Part shown: positions 1 through 9,071 of the stretch, piece after piece | Layout of the letters: each line of letters begins with the position of its first letter | How positions within the stretch are numbered: position 1 is the stretch's first letter | NCBI GenBank assembly: GCA_965223155.1 | Contig: CBDCVR010000014.1 | Span: 224,001-288,000 of the forward strand | DNA length: 64,000 nucleotides | Source: Candidatus Multivoradales bacterium | GTDB lineage: Bacteria; Acidobacteriota; Thermoanaerobaculia; Multivoradales; JAHEKO01 | Reading direction: 5' to 3' | Translations under genes and position numbers: made by a program | The notes under the pieces: generated by a model | What the model was told of the DNA's origin: nothing | The model's input: only the letters and a program-made list of their open reading frames with translations | Databases searched by the model: none

Positions 1-128
1 CGCTCGCGTTCGGTTCGGTAGATCTCGGCGGCCGTGTAGTACTCCCCGGGCAGAGTGCGCGCGCCGGCGGCGGTCCGAGCCTGGTCGGCCTCGAAGGATG
101 TCGAATCCCGACTGTCCGGCGGCGCCAT
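1..128 (-). CDS. Rieske-type aromatic ring-hydroxylating oxygenase alpha subunit, N-terminal fragment (runs off window start)
   Basis: Manual translation from ATG 128, which overlaps the stop of the preceding gene (TGATG): MAPPDSRDSTSFEADQARTAAGARTLPGEYYTAAEIYRTERE. TLPxxYYT..EI..ERE is typical of the N-terminus of choline-monooxygenase-like Rieske proteins. Confidence 0.6.
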   Translation of the reverse strand, partial: MAPPDSRDSTSFEADQARTAAGARTLPGEYYTAAEIYRTERE

Positions 129-1495
129 CAGGCCACCCAGACCGTCTTGACGTTGACAAACTCGTACATGCCGAAGGTCCCCAGCTCGCGACCATATCCG
201 GAGTCCCGGACGCCGCCAAAGGGCAAACGCGGATCGCTCCGGACGAAGGCGTTGACGAAGCAATTGCCGGCCTCGAGCCGGCTCCGGGCCAGAATCTCGG
301 CCCGTTCGGAGTCACCCGAGAACACCGCCCCGCCCAGACCGAAGGACGAATCGTTGGCGATCTCGAGCGCCTCCTCCTCGTCCCGGGCCGGCAGGATCGC
401 GGCCACCGGACCGAAGAGCTCCTCGTCGTAGGCCGGCATCCCCGGACCGACGTCCGCGAGCACCGTCGGCGGGTACCAAGCGCCCGGCCCTTCGGGAGGC
501 TCGCCGCCGGCGAGAAGGCGAGCTCCCGCTCGGACACTTACTTCGACCTGGCGGTGGAGCTCATCCCGCAGATCGACCCGCGCCAGGGGACCGACCTGGG
601 TGCTCTCTTCGAGTGGATCGCCGACCCGGCGAGCGGTCATCGCCTCAACGACCGCGCTCTCGAACTCCGGGCGCGGACCCGGGGTCACCACGAAGCGCTT
701 GGCCGCGATACAGCTCTGCCCGCCGTTCAAGAGCCGGCCGGTAACGCACTGCTCCACCGCCAGCTCGACATCGGCGTCATCCAGGACGACATAGGGATCG
801 CTGCCGCCCAGCTCGAGGACAGTTTTCTTGAGATGACGTCCCGCCGCCCCCGCCACCGCCCGGCCCGCCGGGGTGCTGCCGGTCAGGGTAACCCCGCGCA
901 CGCGCTCATCGGCGATCAGCTCCGCGACGCGGCCGCTGCCGACGGCCAGCACTTCGAGAACTCCCTCCGGATACCCCGCCGCGGACATCACCTCGGCGAT
1001 TGCTTCGGCGCAGCCCTGGACGTTCGAGGCGTGCTTGAGCAACACCACGTTGCCGGCGGTCACGTGCGGCGCGATCACCCGGAACACCTGCCAGAAGGGA
1101 AAGTTCCAAGGCATGATCGCCAGCAGCGGACCCAGCGGCTCGAAGGCGACGTAGCTCCGCGAAGCGTCGGTGGCGATCGGCCGGTCGGCGAGCAGTCCGG
1201 GCGCGGCGTCCGCGTAGTGGCGGCAGACCCAGGCGCATTTCTCGATCTCCGCCCGCCCCTCCCGGACGGGTTTGCCCATCTCCCGGGCCATGAGCTCGGC
1301 GTAGCCGGCCTTGCCATCCTCGAGAGCCGCGGCCGCCGCCCGCAGAGGCTCGAGACGTGCCGCTAGCGGCTCGGCCCGCCACCGCCGGAACGTAGCGGCC
1401 GACCGGGCCAGCCGAAGGTCGACAGCGGCAGGGTCCGGCTCGTCATACGTCCGGACCAACCTGCCATCGACCGGATTGATGCTTACCAGGGCCAT
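128..1495 (-). CDS. NAD(P)-dependent succinate-semialdehyde dehydrogenase (aldehyde dehydrogenase family)
   Basis: ALDH motifs MPWNFP, LKHAS, TLTGS, LELGGSDP, GQSCIA, EELFGP, LPFGG. Start taken at MALVSINP (ATG 1495). Confidence 0.92.
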   Translation of the reverse strand: MALVSINPVDGRLVRTYDEPDPAAVDLRLARSAATFRRWRAEPLAARLEPLRAAAAALEDGKAGYAELMAREMGKPVREGRAEIEKCAWVCRHYADAAPGLLADRPIATDASRSYVAFEPLGPLLAIMPWNFPFWQVFRVIAPHVTAGNVVLLKHASNVQGCAEAIAEVMSAAGYPEGVLEVLAVGSGRVAELIADERVRGVTLTGSTPAGRAVAGAAGRHLKKTVLELGGSDPYVVLDDADVELAVEQCVTGRLLNGGQSCIAAKRFVVTPGPRPEFESAVVEAMTARRVGDPLEESTQVGPLARVDLRDELHRQVEVSVRAGARLLAGGEPPEGPGAWYPPTVLADVGPGMPAYDEELFGPVAAILPARDEEEALEIANDSSFGLGGAVFSGDSERAEILARSRLEAGNCFVNAFVRSDPRLPFGGVRDSGYGRELGTFGMYEFVNVKTVWVA

Positions 1496-1650
1496 CGATG
1501 GATAATGGTACTTCGTGTTCCCTACCCGAAGGGGTGTGTCGCTTCGATCGCCGCTACCATTAGATTGCCGGCACAACGCATACGACCTCACCCCGGAACT
1601 GGGGGAGAACCGGCGCAAAGCTTCTAGCAACCAAACGAGAGAGGAAGTCC

Positions 1651-2046
1651 ATGACAACAACGAACAAGACCCCACGGTTTCTGCTTGCCGCGAGTCTCGC
1701 CGTCTTCGCGGCGGTCGCGCTTCTGGCTGCCTGCGGTGGCAGCGGTGGCGGCGACGCCGGCGGTGGCGACGCGGTCGCCCAGGGCCACGACGAGTTCAAG
1801 AAGATTTGCGCGGTCTGCCACGGCCCGGACGGCGAAGGCATGCCGCGCCTAGGCAAAGACCTGCACAACAACGAGTTCGTCGAGTCCTCGTCCGACGACG
1901 AGTTGGTGGCCTTCATCATCGAAGGCCGGACGGCGACCCATCCGGACAACACTCGCGGTGTAGACATGCCTCCGCGGGGCGGCAACCCGAACCTGTCCGA
2001 GGCGCAGATCCGGCAAATCATCGCCTACATGCGAAGCCTGAACTGA
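1651..2046 (+). CDS. Monoheme cytochrome c lipoprotein
   Basis: Lipobox LAAC, CAVCH heme motif, distal Met in MPPRGG, RBS GAGGA upstream. Confidence 0.88.
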   Translation: MTTTNKTPRFLLAASLAVFAAVALLAACGGSGGGDAGGGDAVAQGHDEFKKICAVCHGPDGEGMPRLGKDLHNNEFVESSSDDELVAFIIEGRTATHPDNTRGVDMPPRGGNPNLSEAQIRQIIAYMRSLN

Positions 2047-2079
2047 CGGCGTGGCTTCGAGCCGCGACGCCCAGACTCG

Positions 2080-2432
2080 ATGGAGAAGGCTCCCGAACCG
2101 CGGGCGCACGCTGCCCGTGTCCACGTCGCGACCCTGGCCTTGTTCCTGGTCCTCGGCATCCCGATGGTCGCCTACCTCTGGGAGACCGTGCATCCGGTCC
2201 TGGCCTGGAGGGCGAGTCCGATGCGCCTGGCGGTCCCGGTCCTGGTCATGGCAGTGCTCCTCTCAGTCGGTCGGAGACCATGTCGCCGCCGGCGACCACG
2301 GGCTTCGCGCCCCGGCTGGACAAGCTGGGCTGGTGGGTTGTCGCCACGGTGGTGCTGATCGCGATCGCCTACGGACCCTTCTTCATCGGGCGGTCGCTCC
2401 ACATGATCTCGCCCGGATATACGTTCTTCTAG
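2080..2432 (+). pseudogene. Two short membrane-protein fragments; the second (2280-2432) resembles the C-terminal helix of a ba3-type oxidase subunit I
   Basis: 2080-2358 encodes hydrophobic LALFLVLGIPMVAYLWET. 2280-2432 encodes RLDKLGWWVVATVVLIAIAYGPFF...PGYTFF, similar to my recollection of the ba3 CbaA C-terminus. Confidence 0.4.
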
Positions 2433-3301
2433 CCCAATAGGAGATCGGCGGTCGCGGTCAGGAAGAGCCAGGTGGCCAGCAGTCCGTTGGCCAGGAAGAA
2501 GGCCGCATTGAGGCGGCTCAGATCCCCGGGCCGCACCACCCAGTGCTGGTAGGCAAGGAGGACGGCGCAACCCGCGACTCCGAGCCAGTAGAGACCGCCG
2601 AGACCCGGGTACACCCTCGGCAGCAGGCCCAAGAGAACGATCATGCCGGCGTGGAGCGCCGCCGAGATCCACAGCGCTCCGCGCTCGCCGAAACGGGCCG
2701 GAATCGAGTGGAGGCCCCGGCCACGGTCGAACTCGAGATCCTGGAGAGCGTAGAGAACGTCGAAGCCGGCCACCCAGAGCAAGACGGCCGCGGCCAGAAC
2801 CAGCGGCGGCGCGCTCACCTCCCCGCGCACCGCGATCCAGGCTCCGAGCGGAGCGCCGGCCAGCGCCAGGCCCAGCACCAGATGGGACGCGGCGGTGAAG
2901 CGTTTCGTGTACGAGTAGCCCAGGAGCACCACCAGGGCCACCGGCGCCAGAGCCAGGCAGAGAGGATTGAGCCTCCAGGCCGCCACCAGCAGCAGCCCGG
3001 CGCTGGCGGCGATGAAGGCCGCCACGAAACCGGGACCCACCTCGCCCGCGGGCAACGCCCGGCCGGCGGTGCGCTGATTGGCGGCGTCGATGTGCCGGTC
3101 GGCCAGCCGGTTGAACGCCATCGCGGCGCTCCGGGCCCCCACCATGGCCACCACGATCCAGCCCACCGTGCGCCACGGCGGCCAGCCCCCGGCGGCCAGC
3201 GTCATCCCCAAGAAGGCGAACGGCAAGGCGAAGACCGTGTGCTCGAACTTGATCATCCGGAGCACGGTGGCGAGGGGGTTCGCGCCGGACTGTGCGGTCA
3301 T
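2429..3301 (-). CDS. UbiA-family polyprenyltransferase (MqnP-like)
   Basis: IKFEHTVFALPFA, FNRLADRHIDAANQRT, YSYTKRFT, FDVLYALQD; multiple TM helices. Confidence 0.9.
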   Translation of the reverse strand: MTAQSGANPLATVLRMIKFEHTVFALPFAFLGMTLAAGGWPPWRTVGWIVVAMVGARSAAMAFNRLADRHIDAANQRTAGRALPAGEVGPGFVAAFIAASAGLLLVAAWRLNPLCLALAPVALVVLLGYSYTKRFTAASHLVLGLALAGAPLGAWIAVRGEVSAPPLVLAAAVLLWVAGFDVLYALQDLEFDRGRGLHSIPARFGERGALWISAALHAGMIVLLGLLPRVYPGLGGLYWLGVAGCAVLLAYQHWVVRPGDLSRLNAAFFLANGLLATWLFLTATADLLLG

Positions 3302-3537
3302 ACGCCGCGCATCCTACGGCGAGAGCCGGCGCTTCGCCAGGCGGCGGTTGTCTCGTGGTTGCCCGGCCCATCGCCTTGCCGTCCAGTGCGGACGGACGGC
3401 CGAACGTCGGGAAAGATCCCGGAACAACTCCTTGACAATCCGGACAGGGAGGTTAGAATCACTGAGCTAAATCGTTTTAGTCAATCATCTTGTCCGCCGA
3501 ACCCGGCAGGACCGGCGGGCGACACCGGAGGTACGAC

Positions 3538-4722
3538 ATGCGCCAACAGGCAAGGCTCTTTCTGGGTCCGGCAGTGATCTTCTCGTCCCTCGCGGTCCTC
3601 TTGCTCGCGCTCCCCTCGGCCGCGGACGCCCAACTCGTGTGGAGCGAGGAGTTCGACAGCGGTAGTGCGCCGGACCCGAGCGTCTGGTCCCACGACCTGG
3701 GAGGGGGCGGCTGGGGCAACAGCGAGCTGCAGGAGTACACCGACGACCCAGCCAACGTCCGGGTGGACGGCGGTCATCTGGTCATCACCGTCCAGGAAGA
3801 GATCCTGCGGGGCAATCGCCGCAGGTTCACCTCGGCCCGGATCAAGACCGAGGACCGGCTGACGGTCCAGTACGGAACCATCGAGGCGCGCATCATGGTT
3901 CCGGACCTGGCCGACGGCCTCTGGCCTGCCTTCTGGACCCTGGGCAACAATTTCAGCGAGGTCAGCTGGCCGGACTGCGGCGAGCTGGACGTCCTCGAGA
4001 TGGGCTCCGAAGCCGCCATCCAGGAGGGGGTCGTCAACCGCCGCGTCTCGTCGACCGCCCATTGGGAGCACGAAACCAGCCATGCCGCCTACGGCCTGAG
4101 CTACGACAGCCCGACGGATCTCGCCGGCAGCTTCCATACCTACCGCATGGAGTGGACCCCGACCCTGGTCTCGACCTACGTCGACAACAATTGGATCTGG
4201 TCGATCGACATCACGCCCGGCTCGTGCACGGATTGCACCGAGTTTCATCAGCCTCACTTCCTGATCCTGAACCTGGCGGTGGGCGGTACCTTTCCAGGTC
4301 TCTTTCGCGCCGCCGACATCACCGCGCCGATCCCGGCGGAGATGGTCGTGGACTGGGTCAGGATCTACGACAACGGCTTCACCATCCTGGGCGGCAGCTC
4401 GATCGGCGGCGGCAGCGAGTTCACTCACGTCGATGCGATCGTCCCGGGAACCTCGGGCGGCGGGCCCAACAAGCGGGCGACCGCCACGGTCACGGTTCTG
4501 GACGAGGACGGCGCTCCGGTCGGCGGGGCGAGCGTCACCGGCACCTTTACGGGCTCGCACAACGAGACCGTGACCGCCACGACCGACGCCGGCGGGGTCG
4601 CGTCTCTGGTCACCAACGGCCGCGATCGGAATCCTGCCTTCCAGGTCTGCGTTGACGACGTCGGCCACGCGACCATGACCTACGATCCGGCGGCCAACGT
4701 CGAGACCTGCGACAACTACTGA
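3538..4722 (+). CDS. Secreted GH16 glycoside hydrolase (laminarinase-like) with C-terminal Ig-like domain
   Basis: Signal peptide, GWGNSELQ, FTSARI, WPAFW, catalytic ELDVLE, LNLAVGG; RBS GGAGG before ATG 3538. Confidence 0.9.
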   Translation: MRQQARLFLGPAVIFSSLAVLLLALPSAADAQLVWSEEFDSGSAPDPSVWSHDLGGGGWGNSELQEYTDDPANVRVDGGHLVITVQEEILRGNRRRFTSARIKTEDRLTVQYGTIEARIMVPDLADGLWPAFWTLGNNFSEVSWPDCGELDVLEMGSEAAIQEGVVNRRVSSTAHWEHETSHAAYGLSYDSPTDLAGSFHTYRMEWTPTLVSTYVDNNWIWSIDITPGSCTDCTEFHQPHFLILNLAVGGTFPGLFRAADITAPIPAEMVVDWVRIYDNGFTILGGSSIGGGSEFTHVDAIVPGTSGGGPNKRATATVTVLDEDGAPVGGASVTGTFTGSHNETVTATTDAGGVASLVTNGRDRNPAFQVCVDDVGHATMTYDPAANVETCDNY

Positions 4723-4856
4723 GGGACCAGGGGTTTCGGATCTCGTGGCGCGGGCTCCCTAGCCGCGGTTAGAGCCTACGCACCCAGCGAGCCGGTGATA
4801 CCGTCACCCGCGCGCGGGAGCTTCCCTCTCGGCCCGCGCTTCCTTGGGAGGAAGCC

Positions 4857-5996
4857 ATGACCTCAGCCCTCTTTGCCCCTAGAACTTCGAGTACCTCGAG
4901 CACTTCGACCCGGGCCGCCGCGGCCGCTCTCGCCCTCGTCACGGCGCTGGCAGCGGCCGCGCCCGCGGCCTCTGAGGAACCCCAGGCCAACGCCGCCGGC
5001 GGCACCGCCCAGGCCGTTCCGGCCGTGGTCACCGGCGCCGGCTTCAAGTTCACCGAGGTCCGACCAGGCGTCTGGCACGTCCAGGGCCTGGGAGAGGTAG
5101 CCGCCGGCAGCAACGGCGCTCTGGTCGTGGGCGAGCGGGACTGCCTCTTGGTGGACTCCCATATGACGCCGGCCGCGGCGCGAGCGTTGCTGATTGACCT
5201 GCCCAAGGTCACCGACAAGTCCATCCGGTATGTCGTCAATACTCACTTTCATTTCGATCACGTTCAGGGCAACCAGGTCTTCGGTCCCGACGTGGAGCTC
5301 ATCGCTCACGAATGGACCGCCGAACGGATCCAGGCCGGAGCTTCCCGGCGCGGCAGGGCCTACGAGTTCTTCATCGGCGGCGGCCCATCCCGCATCGAGG
5401 CCATGAAGGACCGGCTCCAAGCGGACGCCGAACTGCCGGACGAAGAACGGGAGAGGATCGGCCAGGGCATCGCCCGCACCCAAGCGCTCCTCGACCAGGA
5501 CGCCGAAACGGTGCTCACCGCGCCGACCCTGACACTGGACAGCTCGGTCACGCTAACGCGTGGCGGCCGCGAGATCGAGCTTCACTTCTTCGGGCGCGGG
5601 CACACGGCGGGCGACATCGTCGTCTACCTGCCCGAGGAGCGCATCCTGATCTCCGGAGACTTGGTGGTGCAGCACCTCCCCTACCTGGGCGACGCCTATC
5701 TCGAGGAATGGGCCGACACCCTCGGCGTCGTCGGCGAGCTGCCTATCGAAGCCATCCTGCCGGGACACGGCAACGTGATCGAGGGCGCCGAGCGCATCGG
5801 GCACCTGGAAAGCTACCTGCGCGATCTCTGGAGCCAAGTCGTCGCCAGCCACGAGGCCGGCGTCTCGGCCGAAGAGGCGGCCCAGACGATCGACATGACC
5901 GCTCACGCCGTCCACTACCTCGAGATCGAAGGTCCGGGAGCCCCGCTCCACGGCGTCGAGCGCGCCTACGCGCTCCTGGACGGCAGCGAGCCCTAG
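4857..5996 (+). CDS. Secreted MBL-fold metallo-hydrolase
   Basis: NTHFHFDH, GHTAGD, ISGD, PGHG motifs; Ala-rich signal peptide. Confidence 0.88.
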   Translation: MTSALFAPRTSSTSSTSTRAAAAALALVTALAAAAPAASEEPQANAAGGTAQAVPAVVTGAGFKFTEVRPGVWHVQGLGEVAAGSNGALVVGERDCLLVDSHMTPAAARALLIDLPKVTDKSIRYVVNTHFHFDHVQGNQVFGPDVELIAHEWTAERIQAGASRRGRAYEFFIGGGPSRIEAMKDRLQADAELPDEERERIGQGIARTQALLDQDAETVLTAPTLTLDSSVTLTRGGREIELHFFGRGHTAGDIVVYLPEERILISGDLVVQHLPYLGDAYLEEWADTLGVVGELPIEAILPGHGNVIEGAERIGHLESYLRDLWSQVVASHEAGVSAEEAAQTIDMTAHAVHYLEIEGPGAPLHGVERAYALLDGSEP

Positions 5997-6257
5997 CCTC
6001 GCAGTTCGTACCAGCGCTTGGCCAGTAGGCCGCGGCTCCGGTTCGATTGGCCCGATTCGGGCCGATCGGGCCAGCCCGCCCCGACGGGCGGGAACCCGGT
6101 GCCGGCCGGGTGGTGTGCGAACGCGCCCGATTGCATAGCGTTCCAAGCAATGTCATACGCGAACGGTCCCGAGGGAGCTATCGCTCGCGCGCTGCCTGGC
6201 CGCGCAACTGCGCCGGCCGCCGGAACCGGCCCGAACCGAACCGAAAGGAGACTCGCC

Positions 6258-8177
6258 ATGCCCAGTTGTCCGAAACCCTCGATCCGCCTTCTCGCCACGG
6301 TCGCGCTGCTCCTCTTTGCGGTAGCCTGCGGCAAGGGCGAAGGCGACAAGAGCGCCGAGGTCGTAGCGGGTGAGGAGGTCTTTACCCGCAATTGCACGGC
6401 CTGTCACACGGTGGGCCAGGGCAAGCGCATCGGACCGGATCTCGCCGGCGTCACCGATCAGCGCGAGCACGACTGGCTGGTGCGCTGGTTGGATGACCCG
6501 ATCGGCATGGCCGAGACCGACCCGATCGGCAAGCGGCTGCTAGCCGAATGGGGCAACATCCCGATGTCCGACTCGAACCTGGATCCCGAGGAGATCGAGA
6601 ACGTCATCGCCTATCTGGCCTGGGCCAGCGCCCAGGGCGGCGCCGAGATCGTTGAGGAAGCTCCAATGGAGCTGACCGCCGAGCAATTCGAGCAGGCCAA
6701 GGACGTCTACTTCGACCGCTGCGCGGGTTGCCACGGGACCCTGCGGGCCGGAGCGACCGGACCCAACATCCAAGTTGCTCGGACCCAAGAGATCGGGACG
6801 ACGGCGATCAAGGCGACCCTGATGAACGGCCTTCCCGGCGGCATGCCTCCGTGGGGCCGGATGGGCATCTTGAGCGAAGAAGAGATCGCGATGATGGCGG
6901 CCTACATCCAGCAAGAGCCGCCGACGCCTCCGCAGCTTCCGTTGGAAGAGATTCAGGAGAGCTGGGATCTCCAGGTTCCCGTAGACGAGCGCCCGACCGA
7001 ACCGCAGACCGACCGCGATTGGGAGAACTACTTCGGCGTGATCCTGCGCGACGCCGGCCAGGTGGCGATCCTGGATGGCGACACCAAGGAGAAGCTCGCC
7101 ATCATCGAGACCGGCTTCGCGGTACACATCCTGCGCTCGTCGTCCACGGGCCGGTACTTCTACGCCATCGGCCGGGACGGCAAGGTCTCGATGATCGATC
7201 TGTGGACCGAGACACCGACCCTGGTGGCTCAGGTTCAGGGCTGCTTCGACGCCCGTAGCGTGGACGCGAGCAAGTTCAAGGGGTACGAGGATCAGCTCGT
7301 GATCGAGGGCTGTTACTGGCCGCCGCAGTACGTCATCTTCGACGGGCAGACCCTCGAGCCGCTCAAGGTCGAGAGTGTTCTTACGCCCACCTACGACACC
7401 AATGAGCCGCTGGACGAGGTTCGGGTCGCCTCTATCGTGGCCTCCCACTTCGATCCGCTCTGGGTCGTCAGCCTTAAGGAGTCCGGACACGTCGGCCTGG
7501 TCGACTACTCGCAGCCTGGATACCCGATGGTGGCCAAGATCCCGACCGAGCGCTTCCTCCATGACGGCGGTTTCGACAACAGCGGCCGGTACTTCCTGGT
7601 CGCCGCCAACATGCGCGACCAGATCGTGGTGGTGGATCTCAAGAAGAAGGAGATGGTCACCAAGTTCAAGACCGGCATCAAGCCGCATCCGGGCCGGGGC
7701 GCCAACTGGGAAGATCCCGAATTCGGATGGGTCAACGCCACCACCCACCTGGGCGAGGGCAAGATGACCGTCTACGGCGCCGACGCCGACAACGCCGAAC
7801 ATGCCTGGAAGGTAGTCCGTGAGGTCGAGCTCCCCGCCAGCGGCGGCCTCTTCCTCAAGACCCATCCCCAGTCGGATTGGGTGTGGTTCGACTCGCCGCT
7901 GGCTGCCGATGAGGAGATGACCCGCCAGATCTGCGCCTATTCGAAGTCCAAGGGCGAGATCGAAAAGTGCTGGCAGCCCACCGACCGCGGCCGCACGGTG
8001 CACTTCGAGTACAACCGTCAAGGCACCGAGGTCTGGGTCTCGGGCTGGGATCGGCGCGGCCAGATCGTGGTCTACGACGACGCCACGCTGGAGGAGATCG
8101 CCCGCCTCGACGAGGATTGGCTGGTCACCCCCACCGGCAAGTTCAACGTCTACAACACGGCGAACGACATCTACTAA
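6258..8177 (+). CDS. nirS: Cytochrome cd1 nitrite reductase with an extra N-terminal heme-c domain
   Basis: Two heme motifs, CTACH and YFDRCAGCHG.LR.GATG. d1-propeller motifs GRDGK, FLHDGG, PHPGRGAN, FLKTHP, C-terminal TPTGKFNVYNT. Lipobox VAC; RBS AAGGAG before ATG 6258. Confidence 0.93.
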   Translation: MPSCPKPSIRLLATVALLLFAVACGKGEGDKSAEVVAGEEVFTRNCTACHTVGQGKRIGPDLAGVTDQREHDWLVRWLDDPIGMAETDPIGKRLLAEWGNIPMSDSNLDPEEIENVIAYLAWASAQGGAEIVEEAPMELTAEQFEQAKDVYFDRCAGCHGTLRAGATGPNIQVARTQEIGTTAIKATLMNGLPGGMPPWGRMGILSEEEIAMMAAYIQQEPPTPPQLPLEEIQESWDLQVPVDERPTEPQTDRDWENYFGVILRDAGQVAILDGDTKEKLAIIETGFAVHILRSSSTGRYFYAIGRDGKVSMIDLWTETPTLVAQVQGCFDARSVDASKFKGYEDQLVIEGCYWPPQYVIFDGQTLEPLKVESVLTPTYDTNEPLDEVRVASIVASHFDPLWVVSLKESGHVGLVDYSQPGYPMVAKIPTERFLHDGGFDNSGRYFLVAANMRDQIVVVDLKKKEMVTKFKTGIKPHPGRGANWEDPEFGWVNATTHLGEGKMTVYGADADNAEHAWKVVREVELPASGGLFLKTHPQSDWVWFDSPLAADEEMTRQICAYSKSKGEIEKCWQPTDRGRTVHFEYNRQGTEVWVSGWDRRGQIVVYDDATLEEIARLDEDWLVTPTGKFNVYNTANDIY

Positions 8178-8192
8178 TCGATTCGAGTTTCG

Positions 8193-8234
8193 GGCGGGGG
8201 GCGTGGCCAAGCCGCGCTCCCCGCCTCGCTCTTT
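8193..8234 (+). terminator. Intrinsic terminator-like hairpin after nirS
   Basis: GGCGGGGGGCGTGGC-CAA-GCCGCGCTCCCCGCC stem (with G-U pairs) followed by TCGCTCTTT. Confidence 0.6.
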
Positions 8235-8377
8235 CCCGCGCGCAGAGCCGCAGCCTCGGCCGGGACCCGGACGGTCCGATGACGACCGCGTCCCAACCGG
8301 GTCACGACCGTGCAACATAGCCGTCTCGGGCGCGCCAAAGGCACCGCTCGCACCAGGACCGCTGCTAAGCTCGCTGC

Positions 8378-9061
8378 ATGTCTCCGAGTCGCATCGTCGT
8401 CGTCGAGGACGAACCCGACATCGTCGACATCCTGCGCTACAACCTCGAAAAGGAAGGCTACCGGGTTGACGCCATTCCGCGCGGCGACGACGCCCTCGAT
8501 GCCATCCGCGAGGCACCGCCGGATCTCATCCTCCTGGACCTCATGCTGCCGGGCCTGGACGGCCTGGAGCTGATGCGGGTCCTGAAACGGGAGCCGGCCA
8601 CGGCCCGCGTCCCGGTCCTCATGCTCACCGCCAAGAGCGAGGAGATCGACCGCATCGTGGGCTTGGAGCTGGGCGCGGACGACTACCTGGCCAAGCCCTT
8701 CAGCCCGCGCGAGGTCGTTCTGCGGGTCAAGGCGGTGCTGCGGCGTACCGAAGCCACCGATCCGATTCTCGACGCGATCCGGATCGGAGGTCTCGAACTG
8801 GACGTCGAAGCCCACCGGCTGCGGGTTGCCGGCGAGCCCGTGGAGCTCACCGCTACGGAGTTCCGGCTCATGAGGGTCCTGATGGAGCGGTCGGGCCGCG
8901 TGCAGACGCGGGCGCAGCTTCTGTCCGACGTCTGGCACTACGCCGACAACGTGGACAGCCGTACCGTCGACACCCACATCCGCAGACTACGAAAGAAGCT
9001 GGGGGCCGAGGCAGGCCGCATCGAAACCGTCATCGGTGTCGGCTACCGGCTAGCCTCGTGA
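8378..9061 (+). CDS. phoB: OmpR-family response regulator PhoB
   Basis: VVEDE, LLDLMLP, GADDY..KPF, RTVDTHIRRLRKKL; directly upstream of a kinase and the pst genes. Confidence 0.88.
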   Translation: MSPSRIVVVEDEPDIVDILRYNLEKEGYRVDAIPRGDDALDAIREAPPDLILLDLMLPGLDGLELMRVLKREPATARVPVLMLTAKSEEIDRIVGLELGADDYLAKPFSPREVVLRVKAVLRRTEATDPILDAIRIGGLELDVEAHRLRVAGEPVELTATEFRLMRVLMERSGRVQTRAQLLSDVWHYADNVDSRTVDTHIRRLRKKLGAEAGRIETVIGVGYRLAS

Positions 9062-9071
9062 TTGGGTCCTG

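Noticed and set aside
98-1366. Long antisense and alternate-frame ORFs (e.g. 98-1366+, 6540-8516-, 28064-29725+, 52821-55478-)
   Set aside because: Shadow ORFs expected in high-GC DNA; they overlap well-supported genes and carry no motifs.
6120-6160. Possible FNR/DNR box upstream of nirS
   Set aside because: The AT-richer stretch does not match TTGAT-N4-ATCAA.
8299-8327. Possible Pho box upstream of phoB
   Set aside because: 11-bp phasing is present (GGGTCAC/GTGCAAC/CCGTCTC) but the matches are too weak to call.
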